A DNA stretch of 64,000 nucleotides, taken from contig NW_027191453.1 in the NCBI RefSeq assembly GCF_011745625.1, positions 992,001-1,056,000 on the forward strand, read 5' to 3'. Under the pieces are notes generated by a model. That model did not search any database. It saw only the letters and a program-made list of their open reading frames with translations, and had not been told where the DNA came from. Position 1 is the first letter of the stretch. Every line of letters begins with the position of its first letter. The position numbers were made by a program, and so were the translations under genes. Below, one piece after another: positions 1-10,863 of this stretch. The DNA is from Cladosporium halotolerans (taxonomy: Eukaryota).

Positions 1-215
1 TCAGGCGATCTCGTATGGCATGAACACACAGATCAAGACAAGTCCGCTCATCGGGTTCTGCGTTACTTTCGGCTTGATGGCTCTTGCCTTTGGGCCCATG
101 TTGGTGTTGGTCAACTCGACGCCGGAGCGCATTCCGGCCGACGTGGCAGCGGAGGAGATTGAGCACGCCGAGAGCAAAGGCGTTGGTTTGAATTGACCTA
201 TGGTCGTATGCATCA

Positions 216-1007
216 GTGATAAGATTCTCGAGACGAGTCTGCCAATATTGGCCCTTCAAAACTCTCCAAACTCAGAACGCTCTAGCACCCATGCTCAAAG
301 CCCTTGTCGCCTCCGCCGAGTCTGCACTTGAGACGATCATCGTCTCTGTAGCTGTGTCTGCCTATGATATAGACTCCATCAACTACGAATTGGCCAAAGG
401 CAACGTCCATTCGGCATTGAGCGAGTTGGGCATTGATGGCTATAACCGTCTCGATCATGTTGTGCGTCAGCTTGCCCCAGCACTCAGGATTCGAGGGGAT
501 TGTTCCGGGCCATACACACTTCCAGAGGATCCACTTTACTACCACAACCAAGGACAACTTCTCTTCACTATCGTGTACACACAGGAATCGATGACGGCGG
601 GCCTATGGAAAGAGGAGTGCGGTGTAATGGAAATGACCAACCGTTGGAATTCCGCCCAGCTCGGCCACAACGCCATGCAGACTTGCAGGAAGACCGCAGA
701 GGATAAGACAATTTGCGAAGAGTATTTCAAGACCGCACTTCGCAGCGCGATCAGGGACTCGAGCCGTGATAGGCACGAAGAGATTGGCCCAGTGTTGATA
801 TACGGAGAGTGCGCTGGTGACAACGACATGCTCGCCACGCTACGGCAAGTTCAAACAGAGCAGTTTCCGAATGGCCATGCAGGCGACTTGTCTCGCGTGC
901 GAAATGTCTCGCCCGATCCGGCATTTGCGGGCTCTCGATCAATGGCTAGGACTATGTGGGAGGCACATGGCTCCGAGTACGAGCGTCATTGTGTGATGGA
1001 GCTCTGA
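216..1007 (+). CDS. Hypothetical protein, possibly degenerate actin-like/Hsp70-like fold; 5' end appears disrupted (possible pseudogene)
   Basis: 263-codon open frame with globular composition. Its C-terminal 'VLIYGE...LRQV...DPAFAGSRSMA' loosely recalls the Hsp70/actin-fold phosphate-2/adenosine region (inference). An upstream ORF at 20-196 encodes a signal-anchor-like N-terminus but stops at TGA 194-196. Confidence 0.5.
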   Translation: MIRFSRRVCQYWPFKTLQTQNALAPMLKALVASAESALETIIVSVAVSAYDIDSINYELAKGNVHSALSELGIDGYNRLDHVVRQLAPALRIRGDCSGPYTLPEDPLYYHNQGQLLFTIVYTQESMTAGLWKEECGVMEMTNRWNSAQLGHNAMQTCRKTAEDKTICEEYFKTALRSAIRDSSRDRHEEIGPVLIYGECAGDNDMLATLRQVQTEQFPNGHAGDLSRVRNVSPDPAFAGSRSMARTMWEAHGSEYERHCVMEL

Positions 1008-1249
1008 TCTACAACAAGTGAGGGGAGAATCCGACATGCCTGCGCCAATCGTGCGCTCCTGCCATCTTCGCCACATGTCCGAGATGCCGTCATGAGAAAC
1101 AGACTCATGTATTTAAGCAATCCTGTGAACCCAGATGAAGCTCAGCTTTCAATTCAAACCCAGTGTATCTGTAGTAGGGTATATCAGAAACGCCAGTGGT
1201 CCCAAAATACCAAAATCAACGCCAGAATCCCGAGCGCAGTCATGACAAT

Positions 1250-3501
1250 TCAACCTTGCCGCTCGTTTTCTCCTCCGCCATCACCCTTATGCATAATCCC
1301 CTCCGCCCAGTTCTTCGCATCGCCAAACTTGGCAGCAAACCACGCCCACCAACCATTGTGGTGGTTGAGATTCTCATCCTCATCCTCACCCTCACCCTCA
1401 CGTCCACCATCCTGCACCTCCGGCCTTTCATCAGCCCCTTGACCAGGCCTAACAGAAACCAACGAGCCCCTCGAATCCGTCGTCCACGTCCCCTTGCCCT
1501 CCGCCTCCCCGCTCGTCGCCGTCCCATCCCCAGGCGAAACAGTAACCAACGAGCCCCTCGAATCGGTCGTCCAGCTAACCTTGTCCTCCGAACCAGTCGC
1601 AACCTCCACCCCCGGCAGACTCGAGAACTGCGGCACAGGCGCAATAACCGGCACCTTCGCCCCGCTCGGCAGCGGGTCCTCCGGCACCTCGCCCGGGCCC
1701 GCAACAGCGTGCACGCCCACCGGAGTCAGCGGCAGCCTGAGCGTGCCATTGTTCGGCGCAGCGCCCAAGCCCAGACTGTCGCAGACGAGCCCGTAGACCT
1801 CCGTGTTCTGGAAGACGTCCACTTCACTGCCGGGCGCGTGCGGGAAGGCCGGGCCGCGCGCGACGAAGATCGCGCGCATGAGCGGGTGCTCGTGGTCGTA
1901 GCCGTGCAAGCCCGCGGGGGCGTAGGGGCCGCTGGCGGTGCGGACGTCGAAGTCGTCGCGCGTGACGATCGCCCAGCCCGTCGTGGGGATGAGCCAGAGG
2001 GGCGCGATGCGCGCGTTGTGCGCGAAGTGGTAGCGGGCGGGCATGGTGCGGTCGCGCAGGTGGACTTCGAAGGTTCCTGCGTACTCGGGGGTTTGGGACT
2101 TGGCGAGGAGGTCGTCGTATAGTCTTTCGAGATTTTCGGGGCTGGAATCGTACGGCCTCAGGCCGTAGAGGGGCCAGCCGTCGGTGTGTTCGATGAGGGA
2201 GGTGTCGAGGAGGTCTTCGAGCTGAATGAGGCGCGAGGTGTCGGTGGTCGCCATGCCGTGGTCAGAGACGATAATGACGTTGACTATGTCGGAGAGGTTG
2301 CGCGCTTCGATGCCAGCAAACAGCTTCCCAAGCATAGTATCGACCTCCGAGATCGTCTTCCGAATCTCCGTGCTGTTCGGACCATACTTGTGCCCGTCCG
2401 CATCCACATTAGGCACATACGCCGCCATCAACTGCGGTCTAGGAGACTCCGCAACGGCGCGCTCACTCTCGTCCTTCGGCCCCGGCATATCCAACCACCC
2501 CAGAATCCTATCGACCTTCCTCCCCAGCTCCTCCTTCGCATTGTACTTGTCCACATACGTCGGCTCAACATCCCCAATATGCGCCTCGCTCCCCGGCCAC
2601 ATGTGCACCCCACTCTTCACCCCCTCCCTCTCCGCGAGCTCCCAAACGGGCTCCGCGCGCCACCACTCCGGCTGCATCGACCTCTCCGGATCCGTGTAGT
2701 AGAACTCCCTCTCCATCTCCGGGTCCCAGAACGTATTCCCCACCACGCCATGGCTCTCGGGATATAAGCCAGTAACCAGCGTGAAATGGTTCGGGAACGT
2801 GACGGACGGGAACGAAGGCAGCATGTACTTGGGCGAGACGCCGGCGCGGATGAACGCCGCGAGCGTGGGCGTGAGGTCGCGGTGGAGGAAGTCCGCTCTG
2901 AAGCCGTCGAGAGAAATCAGCAGCGTCGTGGGCGCGAAGAGCGAGGTGCCGTTGCTGAGCACTTGCGGCACGTACTCGCTCTTCTCACCACTGCTGCTGG
3001 TGCGGAACCGACTCCCCTCACTCGCATTGTAAGCCCCGTACAGCAGCGCGAGGAACAACCCAGCGATAACCGCGTAGACCAGCGCGAAGCGCCCGTACTT
3101 CCCAGCTTTCTTTCCCTGCTGTCACAAAATCAGCCCCAGTCCCAAGAACCGCCCCCCCCAAGCAAACTCACCTTCTCAAACCGCACCGGGCTCTCCTCTC
3201 CCGAAACACTACTCCTCTCGCTCTCGCCCCCCTGCTCCATCCTCCCCGCCAAACCCCTCCGCGCCCTCCTGCCCGACCCCCCGCCTCCAGCAACAGAAAG
3301 CAGCCGCTCGACCTCCTCCTGGCCCCCGAGCGTCTCGCGATCAAATCTCCGTTCCCTCTCGCTCTCAGCGAGCGAAGAGCGCCTCTTAGCTCTCCCCGTG
3401 AAATCGCCATCGTCATACTCGCTCTCGCGATCGCTGGCGCTGGCGCCGCCGTCGTCGTCGTCGGCGCGGGGCACGCGCGCGTACTCCGCAGGCGGCGGCA
3501 T
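1250..3501 (-). CDS. NPP1: Ectonucleotide pyrophosphatase/phosphodiesterase (type II membrane, alkaline phosphatase superfamily), ~732 aa
   Basis: Motifs LISLDGFR, FPSVTFPNHFTLVTGLYPESHG, SDHGM and GLHGYD. ATG at 3501 (MPPPAEYARV). Intron 3119-3171 (GTGAGT...ACAG) joins it in frame to a TM segment (FALVYAVIAGLFLALLY). Confidence 0.93.
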
Positions 3502-4768
3502 GCCTGCACTGCGGGGCGTTCGTTCGTTTGCGCAAAAAGGTAGCTCCGGAGCGACGGAAAGAGAGAAGAAGACGACTTCAATTAGCCATCGAGCGATTCG
3601 CGCAGCGAGAGTGGAAAAAGTCCGCTGCGCCTTGCGCGGCGTGTGCTCGTGAGAGGTGGTGTCGGAGTGAAGGAGCGGAGGGCCTGAGGCAGGAAGGATT
3701 GGGCGGCTACTGCAAGGTAGCTTAGGCGGGCGCGATGGATTCGGCTTGCGGCTTGCGCCTGCCTGCGGGCGGAGAACCACGAGGCTGAGGAGCCGTGGGA
3801 GTGAGCGCAACGTGGGCATGTACCGATCTCACGTACTTCACGGGTAATTGCGGCGTGGAGGGCAGGGAACCATGGGTGGGACACTATGGGTCAGGCACAC
3901 GGTGGGAAATGGATGATAATGATGAGACGTGAAGTTCTTTTTCTCAAATCGTTCGCTGGTAATATCGATATATCCTTGGTATTAGACATGCCGCCGGGAC
4001 TACCTGCAGCAGCGCAGCTAGACGTACGTACGTACGTTCCAGCATGAAAATCGCATGTTGGGAGCCACAAAAAAAAAGAAAAAAAAAGGAATGAGCAAAT
4101 CGAAGCAAACATTGAAGCCGACATCTTGAGGTCTCCCCATTTCCCGATCGGTCCGTCCATCCATTTCCGTGAAAGACGCTTTTGCCCCTCCTCGTCGAGG
4201 TGACTCCTCCATTTCCGGTCTCCCGACCCAGCCGAGTCTTCTCCTTCCAGCCCTCTTAAGATACACAGTGTAATCGTTGACTCAAATGAAACACGGGTGT
4301 GGTGTGGTGGGTGGGATCTCAGCGAAGCTCGCGCGAAAGCCAGTCCGCGGCGGTTGAGAATTTGAGAAGGTAGTGTTCGCGTTGCGTTGTGAGAGCAGAG
4401 GCGAGCGATGTGCAGGTGGTGCATAGTTCGTTGCGGCACGTAGCTCACACGGAGCGACATAGCCCGAGTTGATGAGCCGGCAAAAGCGAGTTGCACCGCT
4501 GAACCAGTCGGAAGTCCTGTATTGTAGTCACGAGCCCCAGTGGAGAGGAGAGGTTAATGTGATCCGTCATGTATATAAGTATACCGGACGCTTTGGGTCC
4601 ATTCTGTGATCGTTGCCTTTGGAGGAGAGTCCAGCGGTGTCATTATAGGCCATAAAGTGGGCCCTTGCCAATATGTAGGGGCAAGTGAGTTGGTATGCAT
4701 AGAGAAAAATTTGCAGCATTGCCACGAGGCTGAACGTTCGATAGCAATGTGCCCGAAGGCTCGAGTGC

Positions 4769-6546
4769 TTATCGGCCGTAACCGCCATATTCAACTCCCT
4801 GCATCGCTCCTGGACCTGGCGGGGCTTGCGTGCCATTGCCGTAGCCTGGCGGCCCTGGAGCAGCGCCTGGGTTGAGCGGAGGCAGAGAAACGCTACCGCT
4901 GGGCGGTGGCGCGCCGCCTTGCTGATTCAGCTGCTGTGTAAAGTGGCCGTAAACGTGGGGCGCGTTGGAATCGAGGCGGCGCAGGTGCTGATGCATGACT
5001 TGGATTTCCGTCTTGAGCATGTCGTTCTCCTTATGCGCCTCGCGGGCATAATCAGCTTCGCGTTGCAGCCGGACCATTCTCTCCTGGAGGGCAATCTCGT
5101 TGTTCTGAGTCATGCGGATGTAATCAATTGCTGTGACGTTGTTAGTCGATGCCATAATGACTTGCCCAACAATGAGAGACTACCTTTCGACAAGATCTCC
5201 CACTTGCTCGCCTTGGTGCCACCAGCTGTCGGCACAGCCTTGTTCAGATCCTCAAACAAATCCTTCATTTCGCTTCTGCGTTTGCGCTCGGCAAGTTTGT
5301 GACTGACGCGGAGTTCTGGAGTGCGACTGTAGTTGCCAATTCCAGCGGACGGGGTACCTTCATTTTGTAAGTTCTGGATAGCTCTGTGTTGCATTGTGTG
5401 GTGGTGAGTGGTAGGGTCTGCTTCACGTCAGAACCGATCACACCGTGCAAGGGACACGGAAAACGTACCATCATCCAGCCTTCTCTGACCCTGCGGCATT
5501 GACGAGTCTGTGGAGAAGATACTGCTTCTGATCGAGGAGGCGGCGACACTGTTGGTCCGCGACACCCCTATGCTCGACTCGCCGCTGTCGGAACCTCTCC
5601 TTTCCTCCGGAATCGGACCATCAGGGAAAGCCCAAGCATAGCCCTGCGTGGGCTTTGCAGCCGTGGGATCAGGAGCGCCTGGACCGCGGCCCACCGGCAT
5701 GATAGGAGGCGCGACGCGCATCGGCGGCTGTGACCTCAGGCTTGACCTCCCGCTAAGAGGGGACATCGGTGCGCCTCCATTGGGGCGGCGAAGGCTTGCA
5801 GCTAATGAGACCTGAGAGTTGTTGTTGCTTTCGTAGGGGGAGTGCGGGTTGTTGATGTAGAGGTTGTTGAAGTTGCTGTGCATGCGACTGTCCACGCTGC
5901 TTCGTCTCGATTCCTGGGCGGCATAGTCGACGCTGCCGCGGTGGGCAGAATCCTGGAAACCCTGATTTATGGACGGTAGTTGAGAACCTCCAGAGTTTGT
6001 GGCTGTAGGGATGCGGGCTGATTGGGGTGTGTTTGGCAGCGAACTGCGTGGTGGCGAGTCGTCAGGGTTGAGGAGCGTGCGAACGTGGAGACCCTGGCTG
6101 TTCACGGAGTTGTCTATATGCACATGTCAGTTTCAGGAGGCTTGAGAAAATAACTATCGTGAAGCGCATTGTTGCGCAAAGCCAATGACGACTCAGCGCC
6201 GGCCTCCAGCAATGACCTCGAGACAACCCCGCAATTCCTGCGATCCTGCGTGGAAGCATTGGAGGTTGAAGCCATTGCTGGTGGGCGTGCTCCCAAAGCC
6301 GCACCAACCGCGACATTGGGAAACACTTGAGGCAGTGACACTGCCTGTAGGCTTTGGAGAGTAGAAGAAAGAACGCATGAAACACTCACGCTTGCTGTGG
6401 GGTTGCGGCCACGTACCAGAATCGCGAAGGTGTTCGCCTTGCGGCTGGTCGCCGTGCGAAGGGTGCTGTGCCGAGTTGGAGGGTGGCAAGCCATTGGTGA
6501 GGCTGGAGATCGAAGGCAGGCCCTGCGGTTGTGAGGGCGAGGCCAT
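4769..6546 (-). CDS. devR: bHLH transcription factor of the DevR/Hpa3/Esc1 type, ~465 aa
   Basis: bHLH sequence RTPELRVSHKLAERKRRSEMKDLF...KASKWEILSK|AIDYI. Exons 6390-6546, 5469-6113, 5184-5417 and 4769-5130 splice in frame through GT-AG introns with CTGAC/CTAAC branch sites. Confidence 0.85.
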
Positions 6547-7218
6547 TGCGCTAGTTGTGGGAGCAGCGAAGAGGTGAGGTGGGCGTCGAGGTGGCGAGGA
6601 AGCTCAGCAGAGGAGGTGAGGTCGAATATCAGCTCGCTCGCGGCAGGTGCGTCCAAGCACCAGTAGGCAGGAGCAGTTGGGCGGCTCGCGCGTGAGCCGG
6701 GCGAACCGTATGGTTGACGTGGAACTCTGAATGGGCGTTAGGTCGAGCAGGGCAGGCGTGCGCGATGCGGGGTTCCACGCACCTCGAGATCGGAGAATAA
6801 AACGTGAAAGGAAGGGCAGGGCGACGGAGTCAGCGACGCGACACTGGCGGACGGCGCACGAGGGCGGCGGGGGGCGACGGCGAGGTCAGCGCGACGGGGT
6901 GGCAGCTTGCTGGGCGAGGGGAGGAGCGGCGGCAGAGGTGCAGATGTTTTGCGCACGGCGTGGATGGGGCGCGTGGGGCGAGCCAGTGGTGACCTCGAGG
7001 TGTCCAGGCCACGGTCAGCTGCAGAGACAAGGACAAAGGGCAGCAGGAGCTGGCGGGCAGGGCGGCGCGGTGGGCAATGGCCGAGGGCGGTTTGGTCAGG
7101 TCGAGCTGCAACGCTCGAGTTTGGCGGCGGTGCTGAGGCCACGCGGGCGGGGCGGTTGCGCTGCTGCTGCTGCGCGTGTGAAGCGGAGTGCAAGGTTCCA
7201 GTGCGGGCGCAGCGAGGG

Positions 7219-7470
7219 ACGGCGAGACAGGCGAGGCGACAGGCGAGGCGACAGGCGGTGCTCGCAGGCGGGTAGGGCAGGGCAGGGCAGCAGTCAGTCA
7301 AGTCAAGTCGAGTCGAGTCGAGACGAGACGGACGACGGACGACGGACTCGCGGGCGGCGGAGTCGAGGTGTGCAGCGCGGCGAATCAGTGCGGCGGCAGC
7401 AGGTGCGCAGAAAGGCGAGGGCGCTGAGGCAGGCAGATCAGGCAGATCAGGCAGGCAGGCAGGGTCAGGC
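7219..7470. repeat. Cluster of short imperfect tandem repeats in the upstream/leader region of the bHLH gene
   Basis: About 3 copies of (acaggcgaggcg), an agtc/aagtc/gagtc/gagac/ggacgac series at 7290-7350, and 2 copies of (aggcagatc) plus (aggc)n at 7427-7463. Confidence 0.8.
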
Positions 7471-8561
7471 TGAGGCTGGCCCGACTCGTGTGTCATGCAG
7501 GCTCTGTGCCTTGCGTCCGATTGTGTGAAACCGTGCGCCTGGGGCAGCGGCGGCAGGGCTCGGGAGACGAGGGCTGGCGTGCGCGTGGGACGGGCAGGCG
7601 AGGCAGGCTGCACGCGGTGGGAGGGAGGGCTGGCTCTGGCTGGCGGGCTGGCGGGCTGGCGGGCTGAGGCAGGGCGGAGCGGACGGGGCAGTCAGGCACA
7701 CGCGGCAGTAAGGTACCTTAAGGCAAGGCAAGGCAGACGGCATGTGAGGCGGGCGGGTGCGGCAAGACTTCAAGATTCCTACGCTGCCTACCTGTAATTA
7801 CTACTGTACGCACCACCTGCTACACAGGGCATCGGCGCCGGGGCGAGCACCAGCAGACCCGACCTCGATTGGCGGGCGGATGAGCAAATAAGGCGCGCCG
7901 GCAGATTCAGCGCCAGCACCAGCGCCAGCGCCCGGCCACGAGCAGCAGGAGTCAAAGGGCCGGGCAGACGCGATCGCCGCGGCGGGCGCTACGCCAAGTG
8001 CTGGGACGAAGGACGGTTCACGTGCGACGGTGTGCAGATCTGTAAATGCACGGGAATCCTTCGAGGTACGCGCGAAAGCATGGGCGCCGCCTGCTGGGGA
8101 GCAAACGGCCGGCGTAGCGTGGCGGCATGGCATAGCACGCGCCCGCGCCCGCGCCAGATATTCCCCGTGTGCTCTCTTGTGTGCCTTGCCTGGTGTGCTG
8201 TGTCTGTCTGCCCTGTCCGCTGGGTGAAAACACCCAGGTTCCCTCAACCACCACACAGCCGCCGCACGGCCTATCAGACACTGCAACTCTGCGGTCGCAC
8301 TCGACGCCCCGGAAGCGGCAAGCGCACGCCGCAGCGTCGAGCCTCTCTCCCTCTCGGCCGGCCTGCAGTCGAGGCGGCTGCTGCTGGAATACATAAGCGA
8401 GCCGCTAGCGGCAGCGAACCGATTCGCCGCGGGCCAGCGCACGTGAGGCAGGCATGCTGGATGCGAGGCGAGCAATATCCGAACGCGTGTGGCGCCGGGG
8501 GCGGCAGCAGAGGGAGGGGAGGGCCGGGCGCGGTAGCAGGCCGGGCGAGGAGGGCGGCGCG

Positions 8562-8602
8562 CAGCAGCCCACAGCAGCCCACAGCAGCCCACCGCAGCCC
8601 AC
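8562..8602. repeat. 10-bp tandem repeat (cagcagccca), 4 copies
   Basis: cagcagccca cagcagccca cagcagccca ccgcagccca c is directly visible. Confidence 0.9.
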
Positions 8603-10863
8603 GTTGCGCGGCCATCCTCCGTGGGCTTCGGGCTGCAGGCTGCGGGTGGTGGTGGACGGACGTGTGGGCGTGATGGATCCTGTGCGTGGTCGGTCGGCGA
8701 CATCGCGGTGATGTGCGCGGGCATGACACGCGCGAGCGACGGCCAGAACGGCAGAGGCAGAGGCAGGGCCAGAGGGTGAAGATCCGGCGCGCGCTTGGCC
8801 CGCGCGAGACAGAAGGGCGCGGAGGGCGAGTGGGCGAGTGGTGTCTCGGCGTCGCGCTTGCTCGACACGAAGACGACGACGACGACGCCGACTGCAGCGA
8901 CTGGCAACTTGCCTTACCGTCCTCGTCGCCGGCGTGGGAGGCTAAGGCCAAGGTACCGCCGTCGCAACAGGCAAGGCTCCCGGTCTGGCCAGCCCGCCTT
9001 CCCTGCCAGGCTGCCGGCGGTGGGCCGCCGCAGAAGTGCCATGCCCTTGTGGGGATGGTCCTTGGAGATCCTTCTCCATCTCCCCCACGTCGCCGCCACC
9101 GATCTCATCCACCACCACGCCGAGGACCGAGAACATGCGCGCGCGACTCTCCACCGCGCCCTCGCGAGTCACCACTCACTCACCACAGCAGCGGCCCTCG
9201 CGCCCATCTTCCGCGCCCCGTCCGTTACGCATGCGTCTCCCCCACCAGCACCACCACAACCACCATCCTCGGCCGCACAGCGCCCTGCCGTGCACCAAAC
9301 CAAACCAGCCGCGCGCAGCGCCCATCCCAGGTCGGCGGGCCTGTCTGTAGAACCCACCCGTTTCAGTCTCGTCCCTCCCTCCCTCCCTGCGAACAAACGT
9401 TCGTAGCACCAGGCGAGCGAGCACAAAGGGGGGAAAAAACTCTCCGACGCCGTGTCGCGAGATCGTTCGAGAGAACGTACTTCCCCTCCCCTCCCCTGTC
9501 CTGCCCTGCCCTGTCACCTCACGTCAAAGAAACGCGAACTCTCCTCCCCGTGCCTCCCTTGGGTCACGCCAGGTACGTACTGAACCGTACACGGCGTCCC
9601 GACACCGCAAGCGTCGCCGCAGATCGATCGGCCGGCCAGCCAGCCGGCCGGCCCCCCGGCAGCACGCACGCCACAACCTACCAAAGTCCCCAGCACCCAC
9701 GCACAGTAGGTAGGTAGTATGTACATCAGCACCAAGTCCGAGCGCAACTCAACACCGCGAGCGCACGCAGCACACGCAGCCCATCCCACATCCCACGCGC
9801 CCGCCCGGAGAATTACAGAAACACGTGTTATACCTCCCTCCCGTCAGCAGCCACGGGGCGTGGCGCTCTCAGCCCCAGCGGCTCTGCTGAGATAGCGTTG
9901 CTCGCGTCCTATACCGCTCGCAGTGATATAGGGCCCGGCTCCGCGACGGGACTGTGCCAGCTGGGAACGCAGGCGGGAGGGCGCGGGCCGGGTGGTGCCG
10001 GTCGCGGGATTGGGAATGATAAGTTGCTGTGAGAGCACGTCGCCTTGTCCTCGCGGCGTTTGGGACATCGTAGCCGACAGTGTGTAAGTGATGTTGGGGA
10101 AAGCGACGTGATGGCGGAAGCGGAAGGGTCGGCGCTGTTTGCCATGCTGATGCTGATGGTGGTTGTTCTGAGACAGGACACGCGTTGTCTCACGCCTGGA
10201 TGAGCTGCTTCCGCTGGATTCTGAGGACTCTCGCGTGGCGGGACCCCGTTGTGTCGTCCGGCGCGTGGGTGGTTGGGAGCGTGGGAGCGTTTTATTAAGT
10301 CTTGTCGCCAGGTGCGGGATTCGGGAACGTGGCCAACGTGTTTACCTTCGCGGCTGGGGTTCCGCGTGCTTGTCGTCATGGTGTTCGGGACGCATGGACG
10401 CGCGCGTTCGTGCGGTGCTGAGTCGGTGTGGTGGAGATGGGACGTGATGTGATGGACGAGTGGTGTGGTCGCGTGGGGATCGCTCGGGGGAAGTGGAGGA
10501 GTGCGCTAGGCTACCTACCTAGGTAGGGTAGGCTGATCTGAGGGTAACCCACCTCAGCTCGTGCTTGCTAAGTAAGGTATAAGTGAGAAGGTGGACGGGT
10601 CGGTGAGTACAGATGCATGCTATTGGAGCCATAGCAGAGCATCCAAAAGAGCCGAGCGCATCTTCGCTTGGGGTTTGGACTTCGCTTCGTCTCAAGTAAT
10701 GGGTAATTGATCATTTCAAATGTGATCTAGTAGTAGGACGCGCTAGCCTCACTCGAATCGCGCATCGTAGTATCTATTCGAGGCCGTGTAGGAAACACCA
10801 CCTGAAATGCACAAGAGCACAAAGAACCCCTCTCTCACCGAGATACCCTCCCTCAATCGCCTC

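Noticed and set aside
6731..9717. Long overlapping ORFs (265-368 aa) on both strands
   Set aside because: Arg/Ala/Pro/Gly-rich low-complexity translations typical of GC-rich non-coding DNA; no domain motifs.
10506..10560. Palindromic CTACCTACCTAGGTAGGGTAG and GAGGGTAACCCACCTC segments as MITE ends
   Set aside because: Short simple-sequence palindromes without a partner terminal repeat or target-site duplication.
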